A stretch of 64,000 nt of DNA from Faecousia sp. (GTDB lineage Bacteria > Bacillota > Clostridia > Oscillospirales > Oscillospiraceae): assembly GCA_045612985.1 (NCBI GenBank), contig JAZLAB010000060.1, forward strand, positions 23,911 to 87,910, read 5' to 3'. Under the pieces are notes generated by a model. The model did not search any database, was not told where the DNA came from, and saw only the letters and a list, made by a program, of their open reading frames with translations. Position 1 is the stretch's first letter. Each line of letters begins with the position of its first letter. The position numbers were made by a program, and so were the translations under genes. Shown here piece after piece: positions 48,435 through 56,896 of the stretch.

Positions 48435-50153
48435 ATGAAAAAAACAATTAGGATTCTTTTACCGATTCTTCTTGCTTTGGTAATCGTTATATGTTCCTGC
48501 TGGTATTTGTTTGTTTATGACCGGGAATTCACCAGAGATATGCTGGTTAGTTGTGCCCGTGTCAGTGAATCTAACGGAAGCCACAATGTAGCCGCGTGGT
48601 TTTACAAATTAGCCTATGCCCAAGCCGGGAACAACGATACTGTCGCTTGCGAATTGGCGCAGCAATATAAGTCCTCCGGTAACTACACAAAGGCAGAATA
48701 TACCCTTTCCAATGCAATTGCAGACGGTGGCGGAATCGAGCTTTATATTGAATTGTGTAAAACCTATGTTGAGCAGGACAAGCTTCTGGATGCTGTAAAT
48801 ATGCTTAACAATATTACGAATCCCGAAATCAAAGAACAGCTGGATGCCATGCGCCCGGCCGCTCCAACCGCCCTTCCTGCGCCCGGTTTTTACAGTCAAT
48901 ATATTTCCGTAACCCTGGAATCCACCAACGGTAAGATCTTCGCGACTGCTGACGGCCAGTACCCGTCTATTAATAAATCCCAGTATAGTGAGCCCTTTGC
49001 TTTGAAGGATGGTGAGAACACGATCCAAGCCGTTGCCGTTGCTGACAACGGTTTGGTCAGTCCCCTTTCTATTTTTGCCTATACCATCGGCGGCGTGATC
49101 GAGGTTGTGGATTTTGCAGACACTTCCGTCGAAGCCTCTGTCCGCAAGCTTTTAAATGTCGGCACAGACAAGGTTCTCTATACAAACGATCTGTGGACAA
49201 TTAAAGAATTCACAGTTCCCAGCGGTGCAAAAAGTCTTGCTGATCTGAAGCATATGACCTTCCTGGAAAAGCTTACGATTAACAAGGCTGCCAGCAATCA
49301 ATTATCAAGCATCTCCTCTATGGCGAATCTGACAGAGCTTACTGTAACAAGCACAACTGTTTCCCAGGAAGAACTGGGTGTAATCGCTTCCCTTCCCCAG
49401 CTGAAGAAATTAAAACTTCAAAGCTGCGGTCTGACAAGTATCGCGCCGCTGAAAAATGCTACTTCCCTTGTTACTCTGGATTTAAATAACAATACAATTC
49501 GCGTAATCAGCGCAATTGGTGCAATGAAGGATCTTCAAGAGCTAAATCTTTCCAATAATGCAGTTGCGGACCTATCTTACATTTCCGCAAATACTGCGCT
49601 GACAACTCTGAATATATCCTCCAACGATCTCAAATCCCTTGCACCTATTTCCACACTCACAGGTCTGAAAACTTTAGATGCAAGTACAAACGCCATTACC
49701 GATCTTGGGGATATCGGAAATCTCACTGCACTGACCAAGCTTTCCCTCAAGAGCAACAAACTCAGCAAAATCGGTACGTTGAATAAATGTACCGCCTTGA
49801 CAGATCTGAACATTGGATCCAACTCCTTAAAAGACATTTCCGGTCTGTCGAAATTAACAAATATGATGTATTTTGACTGCTCTTATAACAGTTTGACAAA
49901 GCTCCCCTCTTTCCCCAAGAGCTGCGCACTGGTAACCATCAACGGTTCTCATAATAAAGTAACAAGTTTGGATCCTTTAAGCGGTCTGAAACATCTTAAC
50001 AAGGTCAATATGGATTACAATCCCAAGCTTTCTTCTGTTAAGCCTCTTGCAAAGTGTCCCGCACTTGTTGAAGTGAATGTATACGGAACAAAAGTTACTA
50101 GCATCTCCTCACTGACAGATCAAAGCATTGTCGTTAATTACGATCCAACTTAA
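48435..50153 (+). CDS. Membrane-anchored leucine-rich repeat protein (TPR-like + chitobiase/Fn3-associated + internalin-type LRRs)
   Basis: True start MKKTIRILL (ATG 48435, downstream of promoter); N-terminal TM; P.PG.Y...V.L..T.DG..P domain; many ~22-aa LxxLxLxxNxIxD repeats. Confidence 0.85.
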   Translation: MKKTIRILLPILLALVIVICSCWYLFVYDREFTRDMLVSCARVSESNGSHNVAAWFYKLAYAQAGNNDTVACELAQQYKSSGNYTKAEYTLSNAIADGGGIELYIELCKTYVEQDKLLDAVNMLNNITNPEIKEQLDAMRPAAPTALPAPGFYSQYISVTLESTNGKIFATADGQYPSINKSQYSEPFALKDGENTIQAVAVADNGLVSPLSIFAYTIGGVIEVVDFADTSVEASVRKLLNVGTDKVLYTNDLWTIKEFTVPSGAKSLADLKHMTFLEKLTINKAASNQLSSISSMANLTELTVTSTTVSQEELGVIASLPQLKKLKLQSCGLTSIAPLKNATSLVTLDLNNNTIRVISAIGAMKDLQELNLSNNAVADLSYISANTALTTLNISSNDLKSLAPISTLTGLKTLDASTNAITDLGDIGNLTALTKLSLKSNKLSKIGTLNKCTALTDLNIGSNSLKDISGLSKLTNMMYFDCSYNSLTKLPSFPKSCALVTINGSHNKVTSLDPLSGLKHLNKVNMDYNPKLSSVKPLAKCPALVEVNVYGTKVTSISSLTDQSIVVNYDPT

Positions 50154-50157
50154 TAAC

Positions 50158-50186
50158 AAAAGCCCGGCTAGACCAGCCGGGCTTTT
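50158..50186 (+). terminator. Terminator of the LRR gene
   Basis: AAAAGCCCGGCT-N5-AGCCGGGCTTTT. Confidence 0.8.
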
Positions 50187-50195
50187 CCGCACAGA

Positions 50196-50227
50196 AAAAG
50201 ACACACGACCGAAGCCGTGTGTCTTTT
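50196..50227 (-). terminator. Terminator of the Zn-ribbon/Ig gene
   Basis: AAAAGACACACG-N8-CGTGTGTCTTTT. Confidence 0.8.
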
Positions 50228-50235
50228 ATTATTTT

Positions 50236-51480
50236 TTAGTTTGTAACACGAACGATGCAGGTATAGGTTACATCCTGATAAGTAGTTTTCACAGTGGCAT
50301 TACCCTTTGCTACACCGGTAACCTTATTGCCAGAGACTTTGCATATTGAGGTATTGGAAGACATCCAGCTAACCTTCAGCTCCTTGCCGTCCTTATCCTT
50401 CAAGGTGAGGGTAAAGTCCTTACCTGCAGCAATCGTTACATCCTCATGGCTGATCTTGCAATCACCTTTGGGCGCCTCTGTTGCTGTTGTGCCCGAATCT
50501 GCCTTGCCAACGGAAGGTGCGCAACGAACAATACAGCTTACCTTCACACCGCCATACTCACCGTGAACGGTTGTGGTACCGGCGCCAACAGCAGTAACAA
50601 CGCCATTTTTAATAGTTGCTACTTTCTCATTCTTGGATGTCCAGGTGATATCCTTTGCAGGAATATCGCCGTTGTATAGCTTCCAGGTCTCTCCCTTTGT
50701 ATTCAGGGTAAAGTCCTCACGATTCAGCTTCAGTTGATCCTCAGAGATTGTAGGCTGCGCAGTTGTTTCATCGGGATTTACAATGTTGCAGACAACCTTA
50801 CACTCTGCCTTTGCGATGCCGCAGGTAACTGTGATTACCGTTTCACCAGCGCCAATCGCAGTAACCTTGCCATCCTGTGTAACCGTTGCAACTGCATCAT
50901 TGCTGGAAGTATATACAATGCTGTCCGTTGTAATAGCAGGATTGGGTGTTGCATTCAGAAGTACGATGGCCTCCGCGCTGTCAAAGGTGATCAGTGTCTT
51001 GGAAAGGACGATTTCATCACAGGGAACTTCCAAAATCGTGGTGTCTGTTACGGCGTCTGTTGCGGATGTAGTAATCTTGTTATTATCAACAGTATCGTCA
51101 ATTTTGCCGGGCTGGAACAGATTGGGCAGGAAGAATCTGATAACGATATACGCAACAACCGCAATGATGATCAAGAGAACGACCAGGGTGGTAATGATGA
51201 TCGCCGTCTCCTTCTTGCCTTCCTCCTTCGGCTGTTCCGGGCGCTGTTCAGGCACCTCTACAGGAGCAGGTGTTTTTCCGTTATTGCGTCTTCTCACGTT
51301 AGACTTTGAAAATCTTCCACCTTTAACATGATTATAGGCTCTTGCGACCTCTTCTTCAGAATCCGTTGTATTGCCGGAAACAATTCTTGCATCGACAGAC
51401 CGAACGCAGCCGCAAATCGGGCACTGTGTTGCGGTTTCCGGATAGGATGTACCACACACATCACAAATGATCTTACTCAT
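50236..51480 (-). CDS. Bitopic protein: N-terminal zinc ribbon, TM, about three Ig-like (Big_2) domains
   Basis: CDVC..CPIC; TM IIITTLVVLLIIIAVVAYIVI; repeated (W/Y)TSSN..VATV..G.VTA...G. Confidence 0.85.
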   Translation of the reverse strand: MSKIICDVCGTSYPETATQCPICGCVRSVDARIVSGNTTDSEEEVARAYNHVKGGRFSKSNVRRRNNGKTPAPVEVPEQRPEQPKEEGKKETAIIITTLVVLLIIIAVVAYIVIRFFLPNLFQPGKIDDTVDNNKITTSATDAVTDTTILEVPCDEIVLSKTLITFDSAEAIVLLNATPNPAITTDSIVYTSSNDAVATVTQDGKVTAIGAGETVITVTCGIAKAECKVVCNIVNPDETTAQPTISEDQLKLNREDFTLNTKGETWKLYNGDIPAKDITWTSKNEKVATIKNGVVTAVGAGTTTVHGEYGGVKVSCIVRCAPSVGKADSGTTATEAPKGDCKISHEDVTIAAGKDFTLTLKDKDGKELKVSWMSSNTSICKVSGNKVTGVAKGNATVKTTYQDVTYTCIVRVTN

Positions 51481-51531
51481 AGTATACCTCCTATTAAGCA
51501 TTCAAAAGTGAACACGAGTATTTCAAGACAC

Positions 51532-51600
51532 ATTATAGCATTTATTGCAGAATAAAACAACCATAAAGATGTTGCATTTTTTAAAATTTTATTTTAAGAT
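51532..51600. promoter_or_regulatory. Back-to-back divergent SigA-type promoters
   Basis: Minus: TTGTTT-17-(TGn)TATAAT (51532-51560). Plus: TTGCAT-17-TAAGAT (51572-51600). Confidence 0.55.
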
Positions 51601-51630
51601 ATATTTATTGATGAAAAGGAGGCGATTAAT

Positions 51631-54597
51631 GTGTCTGAGCCAAAACTCATTTCGCCAATGCTTGACAATTTTATGATGGGCGACCCGATCAGCGACAATA
51701 ATGGTGTTCGCTGCTGCCCTGCTATGGAATGTGATACCGATAATAAATACATAGTCAAAATTGTGTCCGTACCTGCTTCCCAACAGCAGGTGGATGCACT
51801 CTTGCTTAGTGGTGCCTACGCAGATAAGGAATCCATTGAGAATTACTACAATTCCATCGCAGAGGGTGTTGTTCAGGAAGCTGAAATTCTGGAAAAGCTC
51901 TCTCAAATGGAGGGGTTTGTTCCTTTTTCCTCCTGGCAAACCGTGCCTATGGGCGATAGTGAAACCGGATATGATGTGTATTTGCTCAGCCCCTACAAAA
52001 ACACTCTGGCAAAGCAATTCCGTCGGCAGCCTATGACGCACCTGGGTGCTGTCAATCTTGGACTTGATCTTTGTGCTGCGTTAACAGTCTGCAGAAATTC
52101 CGGATATATATATGTGGATCTAAAGCCTGATAACATTTACATTACCGAAGATAACAGCTATCGAATTGGTGATCTTGGTTTTTTGAAGCTGGACTCTCTG
52201 AAATATGCCTCGCTGCCTGACAGATACCGCAGTGCATATACTGCGCCGGAAATCGCTGATGCACTCTCCGCGCTGAACACGACAATGGATGTTTATGCAG
52301 TTGGTCTGATTTTGTACCAGGCATACAACGATGGGAATTTGCCCTTTACTGGCAGCGCACCGCAGGATACCGAGCTTCCTCCTCCGGTTTATGCAGATTA
52401 TGAGATGTCCGAAATCATCCTGAAGGCCTGCGCGCTGAATCCGGATGAAAGGTGGTCTGATCCGGTTGAAATGGGACAGGCACTTGTATCTTATATGCAG
52501 CGCAACGGTGTCAACGACACACCGATTACTCACTTCGTTCAGGAAGATGCAAGTTCAAATGACACCAATCTTGAAACTACCGAACAAACACCGGAGCTTT
52601 CTGCTGCCGATGACACGCAAAACAAGTCCGACAGTGAAGCTGAGGATTCTGATTGTGAAACATATGACGCTCCCGCTGATGAAGCAGATTTTGAAACGGA
52701 CACAGATTCCAACGCAGATTCTGATGTGGAGGAGATCTGGGTTTATACAGAGGATGCCGACGGCAATCTTTCTTTCCTGGATGACGCCTGGGACGACGAC
52801 GCTGTTCCTGAAGATGAAACAGCCAGGATTGACTACGACGAGGTTACCAACGAAGTCTCCGATATGCTTACCCAGGCTGATGATCTGATTGCCCACCAGG
52901 TGCCGGACGGCGTTGTCCAACCGGAAGCCATTGATGTTCCTATCCCGGAACCCATTATCCTTGAGGAGGACGCAGAAGCAGCCGAACAATCGCAAGAAGG
53001 CGAGGACGCGTCCGAGGAATCAATGTCCAACGAAGAAGCCGACCAAGAGCAGGAAACTGAAGTTAAGCCTGTTTCCAAGAAACGTTGGATCCTTTATGCT
53101 ATCATTGCAGTTTGCTCTCTGGCGCTGATTGCGGCAGGCATTCTCTTCTATCGTTATTTTTATCTGCAATCCATTGACGACATTCTTTTAAAAGAAAGCG
53201 CCGATGGTGCTTTAAATGTTCATATTACTTCTGAAATCGACGAAAAGAAGCTTACCGTCATCTGTTCTGACACCTACGGAAACCAGCTTTCTTCCCCAGT
53301 AGAAGACGGCAAGGCCGTTTTTTCTGAACTGGCTCCGGATTGTGCATATACGATCACCGTCAAAGTAAGTGGCTTCCACCGTCTGACCGGCGACACCACT
53401 GCCGCTTATACCACGCCCAGTCAGACAAACATTCTGCATTTTAATGCCGTTACCGGAAATGAAGACGGCTCTGTCATTTTAAGTTTTGCCATTGACGGTC
53501 CTGACAGTAAGCAGTGGATCGTCAGCTATCTGGATGATAACAAGGAAGAAAAGGATGTCGTCTTCTCCGGACATATGGTAACACTCAACGGACTTACCGT
53601 TGGCAACACCTATCGTTTCTCTCTGCGCCCCCTGGAGCAGCTGCGTCTTGCAGGCGAAAATGAAGTTACACACGTTGCCAGCAAGATCGTTAAGGCAGAG
53701 AAAGTACAAATCACCGGTTGTATCAACAATGTTCTGACTGCTGTCTGGGTTGCGCCGGAAAAAATTGCCATTAAAAACTGGACTGTTCGTTGCTACAACA
53801 ACAGTGACTTTGATCAAACAATTGTAACCGATAAGACAACAGCATCCTTCAATATTACGGATCTGGCCAAGGAATATACCGTTGAGGTTACTGCCGATGG
53901 TATGAGTGTCAGCCAGCGGGCATTTGCAGCAGCAGACACCGCAACTATTACAGATTTCAAAGCGGATACATCCAATCCCAACAAATTGACCCTGTCCTGG
54001 AAACCGGTTGGTGATATCTCTTCTGAAGGCTGGCTGCTGATCTACACGATTGACGGCGGCTCGCCCAAGGAGATCACCTGCACGAGTAAGAGCAGCATCT
54101 CTGTCTCCCCGGTTATCCCCGGAACGACCTATTCCTTCACTCTGCAAAATGCCGAAGGGAAAGCCATTTTAGGTGGTCTGCTGGATCAGGCCATTCCTAA
54201 AGCAAGTGAGTTTAGCAAATACAGCGTAACTGCTGACGATATGCAGTTTAAGATGTGTAAGCGTCCGTCTTCTTCCAACTGGAACCGCTATTATTTGTCT
54301 GACTCTGACTACAAAACAAAGTTTACCACTAAAGAGAAGGCTTCCTATTTGGTAAAACTGAAGAAATCTTACAAAACATCCTCGGATAAGATTACAACGT
54401 TGTTTGTAATTCGTAACAGCGAGGGAACAATTGTAAGCGCCAAGACCAAGACGGAAAAGTGGTCTGATATGTGGTATCTTGGCTACTGTGAGTTGGATAT
54501 CCCATCTATGCCGGAGACAGCCGGAAAGTACACAATGACAATTTACTTTAACGGAAAGCTTGTCCACGACAATGCGTTCACCATCGTCAAAAAATAA
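51631..54597 (+). CDS. Transmembrane Hanks-type Ser/Thr kinase with acidic linker and FN3-like ectodomain
   Basis: IVK, YVDLKPDN, DLG, YTAPE, DVYA.G..LY; TM near aa 487-510; repeated W...Y.....L.P...Y.F beta-sandwich units; GTG start after AAGGAGG. Confidence 0.85.
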   Translation: MSEPKLISPMLDNFMMGDPISDNNGVRCCPAMECDTDNKYIVKIVSVPASQQQVDALLLSGAYADKESIENYYNSIAEGVVQEAEILEKLSQMEGFVPFSSWQTVPMGDSETGYDVYLLSPYKNTLAKQFRRQPMTHLGAVNLGLDLCAALTVCRNSGYIYVDLKPDNIYITEDNSYRIGDLGFLKLDSLKYASLPDRYRSAYTAPEIADALSALNTTMDVYAVGLILYQAYNDGNLPFTGSAPQDTELPPPVYADYEMSEIILKACALNPDERWSDPVEMGQALVSYMQRNGVNDTPITHFVQEDASSNDTNLETTEQTPELSAADDTQNKSDSEAEDSDCETYDAPADEADFETDTDSNADSDVEEIWVYTEDADGNLSFLDDAWDDDAVPEDETARIDYDEVTNEVSDMLTQADDLIAHQVPDGVVQPEAIDVPIPEPIILEEDAEAAEQSQEGEDASEESMSNEEADQEQETEVKPVSKKRWILYAIIAVCSLALIAAGILFYRYFYLQSIDDILLKESADGALNVHITSEIDEKKLTVICSDTYGNQLSSPVEDGKAVFSELAPDCAYTITVKVSGFHRLTGDTTAAYTTPSQTNILHFNAVTGNEDGSVILSFAIDGPDSKQWIVSYLDDNKEEKDVVFSGHMVTLNGLTVGNTYRFSLRPLEQLRLAGENEVTHVASKIVKAEKVQITGCINNVLTAVWVAPEKIAIKNWTVRCYNNSDFDQTIVTDKTTASFNITDLAKEYTVEVTADGMSVSQRAFAAADTATITDFKADTSNPNKLTLSWKPVGDISSEGWLLIYTIDGGSPKEITCTSKSSISVSPVIPGTTYSFTLQNAEGKAILGGLLDQAIPKASEFSKYSVTADDMQFKMCKRPSSSNWNRYYLSDSDYKTKFTTKEKASYLVKLKKSYKTSSDKITTLFVIRNSEGTIVSAKTKTEKWSDMWYLGYCELDIPSMPETAGKYTMTIYFNGKLVHDNAFTIVKK

Positions 54598-54600
54598 AAG

Positions 54601-54645
54601 AACACACGCCGGAAGATAAAGAAGATAAATCCTCCGGCGTGTATT
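54601..54645. terminator. Terminator between convergent genes
   Basis: ACACGCCGGA...TCCGGCGTGT. Confidence 0.6.
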
Positions 54646-54650
54646 CTTTA

Positions 54651-55148
54651 TTACATAAGACACAACGTATAGTGGTTACTAAATACAGATCCATCTAAAA
54701 ATACAGCGTGATCCGATATGACAGTAAAGCCGCAAGCAAGATGCAAATTTAAGGATGCGATATTTTGTTTGTCTATGTGTGAATAGATCTTAATCGAACC
54801 CAATTGTTTAAGGTGTGCAGACGCTTTCTGCAGCAGTTTTTTTGCGTACCCTCTTCTGCGACAATCCGGCATTGTCTCCAGCCCGGAAACTAAATAGCCA
54901 TCAAGATACGGCTCTACCCGTAAAGCCGCCATATAAACCCCGTTAAGTTCCCACAGCGCAAGAAACGCGTCATCAATTGCGAAGAAACATCGCATATAAT
55001 CCAGAAAATCCTGCTCAGCCTCTGTAATACGCAGACCAACAGGAAATTCCTTGGATTTTCTTTCGGCATCCTGCGAAATACTTTCCTCATAGACATTCAA
55101 AAGCTGTCTGGTATTCAGTTCTTTAAATGATGTAATGATCTTAAGCAT
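54651..55148 (-). CDS. GNAT family N-acetyltransferase
   Basis: LET.P..RRRGYA motif A, N.AS..LH...GF. Confidence 0.85.
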   Translation of the reverse strand: MLKIITSFKELNTRQLLNVYEESISQDAERKSKEFPVGLRITEAEQDFLDYMRCFFAIDDAFLALWELNGVYMAALRVEPYLDGYLVSGLETMPDCRRRGYAKKLLQKASAHLKQLGSIKIYSHIDKQNIASLNLHLACGFTVISDHAVFLDGSVFSNHYTLCLM

Positions 55149-55246
55149 TTTCAAGACCTCGAAATGAAATTTCAACAAAGAATGAATGAAAGATTTACAA
55201 ATAGTTTCAAGAAATTTTTGTATGATAATTTGTATATGCAGAAAGG

Positions 55247-55276
55247 TTATTCACATTTTCCACAATTTTTTCCACA
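55247..55276 (+). promoter_or_regulatory. Three co-oriented DnaA boxes
   Basis: TTATTCACA (55247), TTTTCCACA (55256) and TTTTCCACA (55268) all fit TTWTNCACA. Confidence 0.55.
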
Positions 55277-55396
55277 ATCAAATCGCAGTTATCCTAAGCA
55301 ATCTTCGACTTGTTTAGTACTTTTCCGTAAATTCCCAACAAATTACTGTGTAAATGTTAAAAACACCATATAGATATTATGCATAATCACATTTTT

Positions 55397-55432
55397 AAAA
55401 AATGCAGGCAACGGTCTTTTTGCCTGCATTTT
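55397..55432 (-). terminator. tsaD operon terminator
   Basis: AAAATGCAGGCAA...TTGCCTGCATTTT. Confidence 0.75.
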
Positions 55433-55439
55433 ATTCTTT

Positions 55440-56456
55440 TTAGATGGTTTCACCGAGAATAGATTTCGTTGCATAAGCATTTAAGGACATATCTGCAACA
55501 TTTCCAGAAAGGAATTCATAATAGCCTTGCGCGCCGATCATTGCCGCATTGTCGCCACACAGAGAAAGAGGCGGCAAATAGACCTGTGCACCGATTTTTT
55601 CAGCAGCATTAAGTATATCGCGGCGGATCACAGAGTTTGCTGCAACGCCACCGGCAACTGCCAGCTTTTTATATCCGGTCTGCTCCAAAGCAGCCATAGT
55701 GCGTGGCACAAGGGTATCAGACACCGCGCTACAAAAAGATGCGCACAAATCGTTTATATTGATTTCCTGTCCAACTTGCTGCGCATTATGGATCAGATTG
55801 AGAGCAGCCGTTTTTAGTCCGGAAAAGCTCATATCAAAGGGGTTCTCTCCTGCCTTTGCCCGGGGCAGCATATAACCATCCGGATTTCCTTGCTGTGCAG
55901 CTTTGTCCAGAGCCGCGCCGCCGGGATAAGGCATTCCCAGAACGCGCCCAACCTTATCAAAGCACTCTCCTGCCGCGTCGTCCAATGTACCACCCAAAAT
56001 TTCCATTTGGGTGTAGTCCTTCACATCCACGATCATTGTATGACCGCCGGATACCACTAAACACAAAAAGGGAGGCTTTAATTCCGGATACGCAATATAG
56101 TTGGCAGCTATATGTCCTCGAATGTGATGGACGGGAATGAGCGGTTTATTCATAGAAAGGGCAACCGCTTTTCCAAAATTCACACCAACCAGTACAGCGC
56201 CGATCAGTCCCGGCGCATAGGTTACGGCAATTGCATCCACATCCCGTCTTGTAAGGTTAGCACTGTCAAGCGCCTGGTCTGCAAGGGCATAGATCGCCTC
56301 AATGTGCTTTCGGGAAGCAATTTCCGGAACAACACCGCCATAAATGCGGTGCAGATCCACCTGGGAAGCGATACAATCGGTCAAAACGGTTCTGCCGTCT
56401 GTAACGATTGCAACAGCCGTTTCGTCGCAAGAGGACTCAATCGCCAAAATATTCAC
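55440..56456 (-). CDS. tsaD: tRNA t6A synthase TsaD
   Basis: IESSCDET, GGVVPE.ASR.H, HIRGH, VSGGHT, DDAAGE.FDK, DNAAMI; GTG start overlapping rimI stop. Confidence 0.96.
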   Translation of the reverse strand: MNILAIESSCDETAVAIVTDGRTVLTDCIASQVDLHRIYGGVVPEIASRKHIEAIYALADQALDSANLTRRDVDAIAVTYAPGLIGAVLVGVNFGKAVALSMNKPLIPVHHIRGHIAANYIAYPELKPPFLCLVVSGGHTMIVDVKDYTQMEILGGTLDDAAGECFDKVGRVLGMPYPGGAALDKAAQQGNPDGYMLPRAKAGENPFDMSFSGLKTAALNLIHNAQQVGQEININDLCASFCSAVSDTLVPRTMAALEQTGYKKLAVAGGVAANSVIRRDILNAAEKIGAQVYLPPLSLCGDNAAMIGAQGYYEFLSGNVADMSLNAYATKSILGETI

Positions 56457-56896
56457 GCTTCCCACTCCTTCCGTAAAATCAAAGCGTCTTCCTTAGGGTT
56501 TGAGTAATAATTGGGGCGTCGACCTACTTCGGCAAATCCAAGACCCTCATATAGGGCAATTGCGCCTATGTTGGATGCACGAACCTCCAATGTCAATTTT
56601 GAAACATCTTCCTGCTCCAGTTTTTCAATGAGGGAAAGCACCAACTGTTTGCCAATTCCCAGCCGTCGATAGGCCGAATCCACCGCAAGATTCATCATAT
56701 CCGCCTCCCCCAGAACAGACTGGGAGCCAACATAACCAACAACCTTTTCCTTGTCAAGTGCAACGACCCACAGGGAAAGCGGATTGGTCAGCTCCCGGGA
56801 AATGGAATTTTCACTCCAGGGGATGCTGAAGTTTTCCCTTTCAAGGGCCGCAACCTGGCCGATATGGGACTTGCTCATCAATACATATTCTATCAT
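56453..56896 (-). CDS. rimI: Ribosomal protein S18-alanine N-acetyltransferase
   Basis: F..PWS, NLAV...RR.GIG, LEVRASN..A..LY..GF...GRR.NYY..EDA. Confidence 0.92.
   Translation of the reverse strand: MIEYVLMSKSHIGQVAALERENFSIPWSENSISRELTNPLSLWVVALDKEKVVGYVGSQSVLGEADMMNLAVDSAYRRLGIGKQLVLSLIEKLEQEDVSKLTLEVRASNIGAIALYEGLGFAEVGRRPNYYSNPKEDALILRKEWEA

Noticed and set aside
55164-55373. 69-aa plus-strand ORF, or oriC
   Set aside because: The FPQ repeats are translated DnaA boxes and there is no convincing RBS. Three boxes, no dnaA and no strand switch do not support an origin.
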